62,664 bases of DNA from a virus. Its lineage: Duplodnaviria > Caudoviricetes. This document shows positions 18,694 to 28,095 of the stretch, one piece after another (within the stretch, counting starts at the first letter, position 1; every line of letters begins with the position of its first letter). The notes beneath the pieces are model-generated. The model did not search any database. It worked only from the letters and a program-made list of their open reading frames with translations, and was not told the origin of the DNA. The position numbers were made by a program, and so were the translations under genes. Location: positions 1-62,664 of the IMG/VR virus record IMGVR_UViG_3300018719_000038; one strand, written 5' to 3'.

Positions 18694-20273
18694 ACAACGA
18701 CCTCCTCAACCTCTTCGTTAAAGACCGAGCCGTCGACCTTCCCGTTCATGCGTTCCTCGTCCGCGTCGATCCTCTTGATGCGCTCCTCTGCGGTCGCGTC
18801 GTCAACTCCGTCGAGTTCTTTAATCGCGTCAGCAACGGATTGCGTCGGCTTGCCGCCGGTCCGGATATTCGCCACTTCTGCCGCTTCTTTCGGGTCCTGC
18901 GGCACCCCATCACGCCAGTTAATCCGCGGATACACGGGCTCGTATGGCACGAATCCGGCTACGTCCTTATTAGCGTAGTTTTCGAGCTGCATCGCGGTCC
19001 AGATAGCGTCGCGGAGTGCGCGGTCAACGTGCGCCCGAATACGGTTGACCTTTGCCAAAATCGGCATGAAACGTGCCTTAATCGCGCCGGAATCCGTATG
19101 TGACGTGCCGGTTCCGCCTTTGTCGTTAGCGAGGGTCGTACCAAAAAGCCACTGCGGCGTCTCACTCATCTGATAAACGAGACCGAGCAGGATGTCGAGC
19201 TCCTTAAACGCAGATTCGAGTTGCCCCTCCCACGTTAGATAGCCGGGCGTCGTGTCGTTTTTCCCGACCGGAATGTAGCGGCCGCCACCGCGGACAGTGT
19301 CTCCGCCGTCTTCGATGTCCTCCGGTCCATACATCCACGGATCGGAATGCTTCCAAAGGATATAGTCAATCTGCGCGAGCCGCTCATTTATCGCGCTCAA
19401 CACGCTTTCCAACTTTTCAACGCCGGAGATACCTTCCCACCGATCATCGACCGACTTATACGGGATGTGATGGACAAGCAACCGGTCCGTCCCCGTTTCA
19501 ACGACGTCATTTTCGCGGCCAGTCGGGACCGCATCGCCGATCGTATATGTCGGAATCGGCACGCCCCAGTCCTCGTTGACGCTCCGCTCATTAAGGCGGA
19601 ACCGTTCGTAGGTTATAAATCCCGGAACGTGTCGCTCGACTACGAGATATGGCGTATATGTCGCCTCTTCGCCCGAAAGCCATCGGACTACTTTTCCGTT
19701 GGGCTCCTCGACCCAGTCAATCCACGCGATGTTGATCGCCTTGAACCTCTTGCGCGAGCCCTTCGAAAGCTCCGGAAATACGATGTTAGCCGGCACCGCC
19801 TCGATAATCGGTTCGAGCGGCACCTCCGGCGCAGGCAGTCCGAGTTGAGCCGCTAGTACCTCCGTCTCGCTTACGTCCGCCCGCGCGGCATAGTACGTTT
19901 TGATAAACGAGTCGCCGCGATAGCCGCCGCCGATGACGAGTTCGTGCGTCATTTGCGTCAAGTCGTTCTCCTCAACGATCGAGTCGAGGCGTTCCTGTTC
20001 GCGGCTGCCCAGGCCCTTTCCGCTTTCATATGTCGGTGGCTCGCCGGTCAGCAAGTCCGCCGGCTTCGTGAGCAAAATGTCCATGAGGTTAACCGCAATA
20101 AACAGCGTTTCAAGCTGCGCGGCGTGCGGCGTATCCTTTAAGAGCGACGAGGCCCGTTCGTAGATTTCCGGGTGCCGGCCGTCAAAGATTACGCGGCCGC
20201 GTTTATATCGGGCCAGGCGTGGGATATCGCGTTCAGGCGGGTACTGTTCACCTGTTTTAAACAATTTCGCCAA
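18690..20273 (-). CDS. Portal protein (SPP1-like)
   Basis: 527 aa directly after terminase; SETPQWLFG, SGAIK, INWRDGVPQD. Confidence 0.88.
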   Translation of the reverse strand: MAKLFKTGEQYPPERDIPRLARYKRGRVIFDGRHPEIYERASSLLKDTPHAAQLETLFIAVNLMDILLTKPADLLTGEPPTYESGKGLGSREQERLDSIVEENDLTQMTHELVIGGGYRGDSFIKTYYAARADVSETEVLAAQLGLPAPEVPLEPIIEAVPANIVFPELSKGSRKRFKAINIAWIDWVEEPNGKVVRWLSGEEATYTPYLVVERHVPGFITYERFRLNERSVNEDWGVPIPTYTIGDAVPTGRENDVVETGTDRLLVHHIPYKSVDDRWEGISGVEKLESVLSAINERLAQIDYILWKHSDPWMYGPEDIEDGGDTVRGGGRYIPVGKNDTTPGYLTWEGQLESAFKELDILLGLVYQMSETPQWLFGTTLANDKGGTGTSHTDSGAIKARFMPILAKVNRIRAHVDRALRDAIWTAMQLENYANKDVAGFVPYEPVYPRINWRDGVPQDPKEAAEVANIRTGGKPTQSVADAIKELDGVDDATAEERIKRIDADEERMNGKVDGSVFNEEVEEVVV

Positions 20274-20297
20274 TCTACCGCCTCCTTTCCGTTTGGA

Positions 20298-22052
20298 TTA
20301 CGCCCATGCGGGCTTGTTACGGACTTTCTTTTTCGCTTTCGCGACGTTCTCGACCGCGAGCTGCAGGGCGTCCGCGGAGTCGACATAATCGCCGTGCGGA
20401 TACTGCACAAGTTGGTCGATGAGCATCGTGTGCCCAGCGTTAAGAATTAGGGTTTTGTTATGAAAAAGAGGCTCTAACGACTCAATCCGCTCCTCTTTCG
20501 AGGATTTGTAGGACTTGATATCGTTGAGCCTCGTTTTATAGATACCTTCGACGCGCATTCTCTCTTGGAGCTGCCGATAGAACTCGTGCTGCGCGTTAAT
20601 TGTCTCGACGCTGAATACGTGGTGCTTCCACTCTTTCATACGCTCGATAATGATATCGAGGTATTTGTGCGGAGGTTCTTTCGACGCGTATTCGTCCAGA
20701 ACGAAGATGTGTCCGGTCTTTTCATAGCGACCGACCGTCAGTACCGCGTTATAACAGCTCCGCGCATTCTTCCCTTGCGCTATATCCCACGCGCCTGAAA
20801 TCGTCAACTCATCGACCGGAATGAGCAAATCTTCGTACCGAATATAACGCCGGCTGCCCTCGTACTCGAACCGGTAATAGCCGTATGTGTCCGGGAAGAA
20901 AAACTGCTCATCCTCGGAAAACGCCAGATTCCGGAACTCCGAATTATATGCTCGCGTGCCCATATTGACTTTTTCGTGCATGAGCGCTCGGTACGTCCAG
21001 CGCCACGGCCACGCCAGCTCGACGCCAGCTTCCAGCGCCTCTTTATTCGCCTCATAAAACGCGTCGGCCTCCGTCGGATCGTCTGACCTCGCGTAAATTT
21101 CGCAATATCGGTCCCAAAGTTGCGGATTGTCCGGCTCCGAAACTACCGCGCCATGGAAGGAAGATTCGAAGTCCCTACGTTTGAGAACGTGATTCAAAAG
21201 GCCGGTCGCGCTAACCATCGTGCCGACAAGGATTATCGCGGTGGCCTTCGTTCCAATCGGAACTACGACCGAGTTAAACCAGTGAATCAACTTTTCCCGC
21301 GCTTCCTTCGTGCCTTCGTTATTTTGCGAAGACGGATCGTCGACAATTACGAGGTCCGGCCGATATGAGCCGTGCCGTTTACCGCGCAGTTGTTTACCGG
21401 AGGACGAGGCCTCGACCAGCGTTCCGGACGCGGTGATAAACGCTTCTTCGTTATCCTTTTCGTTCAGGTTGTTCCGTTCGTGGAGCAGCGGGCCGAAATC
21501 CTGGCGCAGCTTTTCGTTGAATTTAAGCTGCTTGTTCACCCAGCCGATCAGCTTTTTCGAAAGCGTGTCTGTTTCCGAAATCACAAGGATGTATCGCCGT
21601 TTCCGGAATACGACTTGATGAAGCGGAAAACCGTTCGAAAACATGCCGGACTTCGAGTGTCCCCGGGCGGCCGCAATCGCAAGCCGCGCATTTCTCACGA
21701 CATGGTCGACGTGATCGCACAAGTCGAAGAACTCGCGGTGGATCGGCGCTAAATGGTCGAAATTATCGTGCGGCGTTCCGTCCTCGCCGTGCCGTATGAT
21801 ATTATCCTCGTTTTCCGGATTGCCGGCGTCCGACAGGTATTCGTAAGTGAAATAGGCGACGTCGTTCTCCGCGCGGTCGATTCGTTTTAAACGCCGAATC
21901 TCCGCAATATCAGTCCGGAACGCCTCTTCGTGATACGTCGTCGCGCGGCCCGATTCGATAAGGGACCGCAGCTTTTTAGCGCGAGCACTAACGAGCTTGA
22001 TGCGTTCTTGCCGCGCCGGCTTATCGAGCCATTCATCGTTAACCCATGCGAT
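20298..22052 (-). CDS. terL: Terminase large subunit (probable ATC start)
   Basis: ARGHSKS Walker A, RPDLVIVDD Walker B, C-terminal DSADAL nuclease; frame extends 110 codons to ATC (MAWVNDEWL) behind AAGGAGGT. Confidence 0.92.
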   Translation of the reverse strand: MAWVNDEWLDKPARQERIKLVSARAKKLRSLIESGRATTYHEEAFRTDIAEIRRLKRIDRAENDVAYFTYEYLSDAGNPENEDNIIRHGEDGTPHDNFDHLAPIHREFFDLCDHVDHVVRNARLAIAAARGHSKSGMFSNGFPLHQVVFRKRRYILVISETDTLSKKLIGWVNKQLKFNEKLRQDFGPLLHERNNLNEKDNEEAFITASGTLVEASSSGKQLRGKRHGSYRPDLVIVDDPSSQNNEGTKEAREKLIHWFNSVVVPIGTKATAIILVGTMVSATGLLNHVLKRRDFESSFHGAVVSEPDNPQLWDRYCEIYARSDDPTEADAFYEANKEALEAGVELAWPWRWTYRALMHEKVNMGTRAYNSEFRNLAFSEDEQFFFPDTYGYYRFEYEGSRRYIRYEDLLIPVDELTISGAWDIAQGKNARSCYNAVLTVGRYEKTGHIFVLDEYASKEPPHKYLDIIIERMKEWKHHVFSVETINAQHEFYRQLQERMRVEGIYKTRLNDIKSYKSSKEERIESLEPLFHNKTLILNAGHTMLIDQLVQYPHGDYVDSADALQLAVENVAKAKKKVRNKPAWA

Positions 22053-22070
22053 GGGAACGCACCTCCTTCG

Positions 22071-22511
22071 TTATTCCGCGTCGGTTTCTGCGAGCAGCTC
22101 GTCCAATTCTTCGATTTCTGCCGCCAGTTCTTCGTTTGATTTCGTGGCTCCGGAGTCTTTCGTCTCGACTGCGACCTGCTGCGTAATGAGGCCGAAGCGC
22201 CGGAAGAAAAGATCGATAGCTTTGATCGACGGCTGCCCGCCGGATATCGATTTCATTAGCTGCCGGTAAACAAACGCCCTCTCTGACGCGAGAAAGTCGT
22301 CCGCCAGGTAATTCACGTAATCGATAAACGCGCGATTCTGCGTCCGCCACTTATAGAGCGATTGGCGTGAGACTCCGACCTCGTCCGCAATCTCGTCGAA
22401 TCCCTTCCGCTCGTCTTCCGCTGCAAATTCCCGTTCAACACACATTAGCGCGGCCCGAATTTGGCGGCCGTCCAATTTCGCCTCTAGCGCGGCTTTCCGT
22501 TTATCTGCCAT
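22071..22511 (-). CDS. terS: Terminase small subunit (HTH)
   Basis: EIADEVGVSRQSLYKW HTH; directly upstream of terL. Confidence 0.8.
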   Translation of the reverse strand: MADKRKAALEAKLDGRQIRAALMCVEREFAAEDERKGFDEIADEVGVSRQSLYKWRTQNRAFIDYVNYLADDFLASERAFVYRQLMKSISGGQPSIKAIDLFFRRFGLITQQVAVETKDSGATKSNEELAAEIEELDELLAETDAE

Positions 22512-22624
22512 GTTGCGTTCCTCCTTTCGCGTTCTTTGCGTAAAAATAGCGCCTTCCGTACGCCGGGGTATAAATGGTCCCGATGCGCACGAAACGCGCT
22601 AATTTGACGGTAAAATTACGAGAA

Positions 22625-23263
22625 TTATGCGGCGAGCTGCCGCGGTATGTCGGCAAGCAGCGCGAGTAGCCGGTCTCGCTCCGCTTGGAATGCGATTTCG
22701 AATGCGTGTGACTGTTCGAGTAATTGCGTGATGTCTGCCGTAGACTTGCCGGACCGTTGCGCCATTTCCGCGACGACGGCGTCGAAACGTTCCTGCGTGA
22801 AGGCCGGAGTGCGTTCGCGGAAAGAGATGAGCGAGTTAGTTTCCTTTGATGAGTTGCAACTGATGCACACTTTCGTAAGATTCCAGCGTGAGTTTGGTCC
22901 GCCCTGCTTCATCGGGATAATGTGATCGATATGTATTGCTCGCTTTGGTGGATTATCCCCGTGATCCTTTCCGCAATAGGCGCATACATTTGGCATGCTG
23001 TAAATGTCGAGCGCATCTTCCGGCGTTAAGTCCGAGAATGCTCCGTCCTTCTTGGCTTGATAACGCGATGTTGTATAGAACGCCATATGCGGATTCTCTT
23101 CGCGATACTTACGGACACGGGCGCGATGTTTACCGGGATTCCTTTCGCGATTTCTTCGACATGCTGCCCGTCCTTTTTCGAGACACACTTCGCATGTTTT
23201 AAGACCATCCCGGATCGTTACTTCCGTAGATGGCTTCGAACAGGTTCCGCAAAGTTTAACGAT
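22625..23263 (-). CDS. HNH endonuclease with N-terminal Zn finger (probable ATC start)
   Basis: CAYCG..HIDHIIP..GG.N...N....C..CN; GGAGG precedes ATC ATC GTT AAA; adjacent to terS. Confidence 0.85.
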   Translation of the reverse strand: MVKLCGTCSKPSTEVTIRDGLKTCEVCLEKGRAACRRNRERNPGKHRARVRKYREENPHMAFYTTSRYQAKKDGAFSDLTPEDALDIYSMPNVCAYCGKDHGDNPPKRAIHIDHIIPMKQGGPNSRWNLTKVCISCNSSKETNSLISFRERTPAFTQERFDAVVAEMAQRSGKSTADITQLLEQSHAFEIAFQAERDRLLALLADIPRQLAA

Positions 23264-23732
23264 GATAACCGCCTCCCCGAGTTTAAAAAATTGTGCGCAA
23301 ATTCCGAACAACTGTCGCGGCCCGTTGAGCATACCCCTTGGGGGTCTCACACTTTATCACATTAACGCGACCTACATCTGCACAAAAGTCAACTTTTGGT
23401 CACTAGTCCAACTCCGCGCCACTCCGTCATAAATCGCATAACCACGCGGCTTCCCGGCGTTTCACCCTCCGTCGGTCATCCGCCCGATCCCCGCAAATTT
23501 GCACTTTTGCGTATATTTCCCGGCGAAATTGCGGCCTGAACCGCAAAAACCCCGTGAGTTTTCGGAGGGCGTCCGGCCCGAGCCGCCAGTCCGTGAACGG
23601 CCCCACTCCGTAAACAAACGGAACCATCCGCGCATCAAATCGCTTCATTATATGCGCAAGCAAACCGCAACCATTTCGCAAGGTTTACATCGCGCTTGTC
23701 CTGCGCCCGAGCAAAACGCAGGAGCTGCGCCA

Positions 23733-23906
23733 CTAATCGACGTTCACCAATACGCGCAAAGGACCGTATTCATCGAGAATATAGCCGTCGTCTCCCGCAA
23801 GAATTGCGTTGTCTTCCGGCCCGAATACGTACTCCTTAACGCCTTCCCTGCGTGCTAACTCCGCGTGTAATTCCGCGGTAGAAACGCGAGATAAATTCGT
23901 GCTCAT
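23733..23906 (-). CDS. Small protein, BC1881-like (not in the ORF track)
   Basis: MSTNLSRVSTAELHAELARREGV...GPLRVLVNVD, 57 aa, with RBS. Confidence 0.7.
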   Translation of the reverse strand: MSTNLSRVSTAELHAELARREGVKEYVFGPEDNAILAGDDGYILDEYGPLRVLVNVD

Positions 23907-23911
23907 TTACG

Positions 23912-24118
23912 TTATCCCTCCGTTTTCAAAACGACCACTTGCGCAGGAACAGAGATTCTTACGCTAAGTGGCTCCGAATATAGTCCATAGATTGATGCGC
24001 GGTTGAACGTCAATTCTCCGAAGTCATCGGAATTTAAAGCGTAAATGCATACGCCCTCTCTGCGCGCCAATTCCTCAAGTAATTCGCCGGACGATGCGTG
24101 CGATAAGTCCATTCCCAT
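23912..24118 (-). CDS. Small protein, paralog of the neighbour
   Basis: MGMDLSHASSGELLEELARREGV shares the LS..S..EL..ELARREGV motif. Confidence 0.7.
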   Translation of the reverse strand: MGMDLSHASSGELLEELARREGVCIYALNSDDFGELTFNRASIYGLYSEPLSVRISVPAQVVVLKTEG

Positions 24119-24505
24119 AACGAAATCCCTCCGCTCACTTAACGTTCGCTTAGCGCGAATAAAGGTTTGACTACATGAGATACTTCTTTGAATAGGCTTC
24201 ATGATTCTTTCTTTCAAAGGTTTGAGCAAAGATAATGCTGCGGCCTGCCGGCCTTGCCCGTCGCCTATCGGCTCCGGAATATCTCTTTAACGCGAATAGA
24301 ATTTATATAACCCCCTAACGCGCATAAGAGATTAACACAAGGCCCGATCTTGGCCGCAGTGTTCGGAGTGCCCTTCTCCGATTTCCTTAATCTGTGTTCG
24401 CTTTGTTACCGATGGCTCTCTCAAGATAAAGAATCAATCTCCGCGTTTTTGACCGTGAAAACGCCGCTATCCCTTGCCCGACGCAGCTTCCAGCGATTTT
24501 ATTCG

Positions 24506-24558
24506 CGTGCAAAAAAGGGTACCTATCTGCCCGAAAACGTGCAAAAAAGGGTACCTAT
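24506..24558. repeat. Perfect 21-bp direct repeat x2
   Basis: CGTGCAAAAAAGGGTACCTAT at 24506-24526 and 24538-24558. Confidence 0.9.
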
Positions 24559-25418
24559 TTTTCGCAGCCTATCCGTTTATTCGCGAACAACGCCCGCAGC
24601 ATCCCGTCCGGCTCGCCTTGTTTCCGGTAGAATACGAACGGATTTAGCGCCGTAAACTTCTTTCGCTTGTCCTCAACGTCGACCCACTCGCCGATAATCG
24701 CAGCCTTACGCAGCCGGGCGAGAGCCTCCTTCGTTTTGGTCGCGGACATGCCGACGAACTCGCCGATTTCCCCGTCCGTCAGGAACCGGATGTCCTCCGG
24801 AGCCGCGAACGGATCGGCGCAAACTAGGTTCGTATCGTAGTGGACGTTCGGCAGCAACTTGTATACGAAGCCGAGGTCGGCCGCGTTAAGCTTGAACGCC
24901 TTGAGCGCGGTGAAATACGTCTTAATCAGCGCATCGACTTCGCCGGCTGCCGCACTGTTCCGAAAATGGTACCGCTCGTTAACCGAGAAGATTCCGCCAG
25001 ATTCGAAAAGGATACTGCGCGCTTCTAACTCGTCAACAACTACGCGAGCCGTCCGTTTGCTCACGTCCCACACTCGCGCTAAATCGCCGATCGTTAGAGG
25101 TGTATTGTCGCGGCCTTCCGTTACCAGGACGTTCGTTTTAAACGCAATGTGCGGCTGTAGAAGCAATATGTACCCGCAATACTTATTCGAAAGGTCGCGC
25201 GTAATGTCTTGAATGTTGCGCATGTGAATGAACGAGAAATAGCGCTTGTCCCGTTCAAATTTCGCATGCTTCCGCGCCGCCTCGTATTGCTCTAGCGATT
25301 TATACGTAAAAAGACGGCCAGCCTCGTCCTTGGCTAACCGTCCGCTCATTGGCGTAAATTTTCCGATTGGTGCGCCGCTTTTAATGCGCGCAACCCTTTT
25401 CCGCAATGTTGCGCTCAA
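24555..25418 (-). CDS. RepL-like double winged-HTH DNA-binding/replication protein
   Basis: Two HTH-like units (TIGDLARVWDVSKRT; TDGEIGEFVGMSATK) each followed by VN/LNP motifs. Confidence 0.55.
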   Translation of the reverse strand: MSATLRKRVARIKSGAPIGKFTPMSGRLAKDEAGRLFTYKSLEQYEAARKHAKFERDKRYFSFIHMRNIQDITRDLSNKYCGYILLLQPHIAFKTNVLVTEGRDNTPLTIGDLARVWDVSKRTARVVVDELEARSILFESGGIFSVNERYHFRNSAAAGEVDALIKTYFTALKAFKLNAADLGFVYKLLPNVHYDTNLVCADPFAAPEDIRFLTDGEIGEFVGMSATKTKEALARLRKAAIIGEWVDVEDKRKKFTALNPFVFYRKQGEPDGMLRALFANKRIGCEK

Positions 25419-25777
25419 CCGGCGCTCACCTCCCGATACTCTCCTGCTATACTCTCGCGCATTTCCGGCACATTCGGATACGCGAACATTTCGCTATATT
25501 CCGTATGCCATCCACCCGTTGTGCGACTAGTTGGAGCAAATATCGCCGTTTCCCGATCCGCGCAAATGCAGCGAAATGTGTTACGCGGGCCTCCGCATTC
25601 GATAATGTCGCCAACCCGGAACGTCCAGGCGCTTTGGTCAGCCGCCTCTAATTCGCGTAATGCCTGCGTCGTTTTCTTCGCCTCGCGTTGGATCGCTTTG
25701 AGGCCGCGAATGGTTGCGGTAATGTCCGTTTGGTCAATCGTTAATCCTACGTTTAATTCGCGCAGATTTTGCGCCAT
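25415..25777 (-). CDS. Hypothetical protein
   Basis: 120-aa ORF with RBS GGGGAGG, overlapping the next gene. Confidence 0.7.
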   Translation of the reverse strand: MAQNLRELNVGLTIDQTDITATIRGLKAIQREAKKTTQALRELEAADQSAWTFRVGDIIECGGPRNTFRCICADRETAIFAPTSRTTGGWHTEYSEMFAYPNVPEMRESIAGEYREVSAG

Positions 25778-25923
25778 TTATAACGCCTCCCCGTTTTACG
25801 CAAGTTGCTTAAACCTGCGGTTGTAACGTATAGGCAGCAAAACGCGCAAAATGCACCCTACTCTAGTAAAATAGTCGCAAAATATGGTAAAATTTCGGTA
25901 TAACGCTCGAAAGGAGCCGAAAT

Positions 25924-26127
25924 ATGAAACGGTCTAAACGTTTTATGCGGCCGCTTACGTCCGACATCCACTTTTACACAGCGCATATGGAGCGGGCCCC
26001 GATCGTCGTTTTTGCCGCGGGAGAGCTCGTTGGAAGCGGAAGGATTGCGGAGATAACGGAGGATAGCGTAAAGATCGGGGATGAACGGTATCTTCGCGCG
26101 GTCTGTACGTTTAAATTTGCAGTTTGA
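25924..26127 (+). CDS. Hypothetical protein
   Basis: 67 aa with RBS GGGAG; small beta-barrel-like. Confidence 0.65.
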   Translation: MKRSKRFMRPLTSDIHFYTAHMERAPIVVFAAGELVGSGRIAEITEDSVKIGDERYLRAVCTFKFAV

Positions 26128-26137
26128 GGAGCAGAAA

Positions 26138-26740
26138 ATGGCTATCGCAGAGTATTTTTTGGAAGCGTTTATAGACGAAACATCTTATACCAATACAAAA
26201 CTCACCGACATTGAGCATTGGTTGATTGATAGAAAATTGAATGATAAGGCTATAATATTCAGTGATTTTTCTAAAACCATAATAAAATCCTTGTTCCTTA
26301 CTTTGTATGCAAATTTGGATTCGTGCCTTAATGAGGTAGCCAATTCTTTATACAACCAGTATAAATTAAACGTTGCTCCCGAGGATTTAAGAGGCAAAGG
26401 GATTCAAAGATCAATTAACTACCTAAAGAAGGTTGCCTCAATCCCTATCCCGGACGATTTAAAGACCTATGAGGAAATTTTGCAATTAATGAAATTAAGG
26501 AATCACTATGCCCACGACGGTAGGCCGATTGTTCTTAAGAATAGTACCATTCACAAAGCTGCCGCTAGATTTGAATCAGTAGAGATTAATAATTCTCTTA
26601 CTAACCGATTCGGTGAGCATGTTAGCATTTACTTAACTTTTGATTTCCTACGAGACGTAAGTACAGTTTTTATGATGTTTTGCCAAGAACTTTTAGACCT
26701 TGTATGTGATCATTACGGGGGTAGAGTAATCAAACAATAA
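26138..26740 (+). CDS. HEPN-like accessory protein
   Basis: AT-rich, helical, RNHYAH (R-x4-H) motif; ATG at 26138 behind GAGGAG. Confidence 0.6.
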   Translation: MAIAEYFLEAFIDETSYTNTKLTDIEHWLIDRKLNDKAIIFSDFSKTIIKSLFLTLYANLDSCLNEVANSLYNQYKLNVAPEDLRGKGIQRSINYLKKVASIPIPDDLKTYEEILQLMKLRNHYAHDGRPIVLKNSTIHKAAARFESVEINNSLTNRFGEHVSIYLTFDFLRDVSTVFMMFCQELLDLVCDHYGGRVIKQ

Positions 26741-27593
26741 ACCTCTCGAACACTGGGCTCCGCAGCATCCCCGCGCGAGTCCAGTTTCGCATTTTTACGC
26801 TTGCCCTTATCCGCGGCTCTACATAAACGAAGTCGCGATCCTCTCCGGTAATTAACGCCTTACTGACGCCATAAAACGCCTTCTTCTCCGTCGGTCCTAC
26901 GCCGAACTCGATGATGCCGGCCGGACGCACTCTGCCACGGTCATCCGTAACTCCTGCAAGCCAGCCGAACTCCGCCTTTTTGTATCCCATAACATAGACG
27001 TCAGCATATGTCCAGTTAATGACCTTACGCCAGCTATCCGATCGGCGGCCGGTCTCATATGCGCTATCCGCCCGTTTGCCGACTATGCCTTCCATGCCGC
27101 GGGCTTCAATCTGCGCAAATAAAGCTTCCCCTGCGCCTTCAACATGCGGTACTATCCCAAAACTACTTGACGGCATCTTGAGGCTCGCCAGCAACTTTTT
27201 GCGTTCCCTTAGCGGGCGTCGGCGCATATCCTCCCCTTTGTACATCAGGATGTCAAAAATGGCATAGTAGGCCGGAAGGGTAGCGGATAGACGCACGATC
27301 TTGTCGGCCTTCTTCGCTTGAAAGCGGGCCATTATCTTTTCAAAATCGGACACTCCGGTCGCCGGATCCACGCATGCGATTTCGCCGTCCAGGATGATGT
27401 CATGCGGAAACAGTGCGCCTGCGATCTCGGGATATTGGCGAGTACAGTCATTGTTGTGGCGCGTATATAGGCGGACGGTGCCGTCCTGTTGCGAGAAGAT
27501 CAAGCGGTGGCCGTCAATCTTTGGTTCGAATATATAGCGCGGATCGCTGAACGGACCCGGCGCTGTTGCGAGTAACATCGGATCAATAAACAT
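26730..27593 (-). CDS. ATP-dependent DNA ligase
   Basis: FEPKIDGHR (motif I), LDGEI, IFDIL, EGIVGK, WRKV. Confidence 0.92.
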   Translation of the reverse strand: MFIDPMLLATAPGPFSDPRYIFEPKIDGHRLIFSQQDGTVRLYTRHNNDCTRQYPEIAGALFPHDIILDGEIACVDPATGVSDFEKIMARFQAKKADKIVRLSATLPAYYAIFDILMYKGEDMRRRPLRERKKLLASLKMPSSSFGIVPHVEGAGEALFAQIEARGMEGIVGKRADSAYETGRRSDSWRKVINWTYADVYVMGYKKAEFGWLAGVTDDRGRVRPAGIIEFGVGPTEKKAFYGVSKALITGEDRDFVYVEPRIRASVKMRNWTRAGMLRSPVFERFIV

Positions 27594-27666
27594 AAAAACA
27601 CCTCTCTACCGATTATAGCGCGTGGCTATGCGATAGAGAGGCGGTAAGTTGTGGTAGGACGTATGG

Positions 27667-28095
27667 TCAAACGCTGATTGTATTCCCGTTTCCGTCTTCC
27701 CAGCCGTTGACGTCCTCGCCTGCGTCCAGATCGGCGACAATTTGCGCCTGATTGTCCAGATCGGCCGGCGTAATCGTGGCGATAATTTCGCCGTCTTTGA
27801 TCACGTCAAATTCATGCATTTGGTGGTCGAATTCCTTTTCTACAACCTCGTAACCTTCGCGCGCCCATGTTCTCATTTTTCCTCGTTCCTTTCTTTTATT
27901 TTTTGCATAATGTTCAAGTTCTTCACGGAGGTATAGCCGAGTCTTACGCTGTCCCCCGAACTCTACAAAAGGGGTGATTCGTCCGGTTGCGACTGATTGA
28001 TTGAATGCAGATACGGATTGACTCGTTATTGCTCGCGCTTCGTCCTGCATGACCAAATTTTCCTCGATCCATCTTTTAATCTCCGCGTTGTTCAC
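27667..28095 (-). CDS. DNA-binding protein fused to (or read through into) a small acidic domain
   Basis: GTG at 28095; excisionase-like HTH part ending RLYLREEL, then internal MRTWAREG domain. Confidence 0.55.
   Translation of the reverse strand: MNNAEIKRWIEENLVMQDEARAITSQSVSAFNQSVATGRITPFVEFGGQRKTRLYLREELEHYAKNKRKERGKMRTWAREGYEVVEKEFDHQMHEFDVIKDGEIIATITPADLDNQAQIVADLDAGEDVNGWEDGNGNTISV

Noticed and set aside
25822-25858. Fourth copy of the TGTGCG/CGGCAACA promoter motif
   Set aside because: Only GTGCA and a weak GCTGCC match with different spacing; it may be another promoter class but is unsupported as a single instance.
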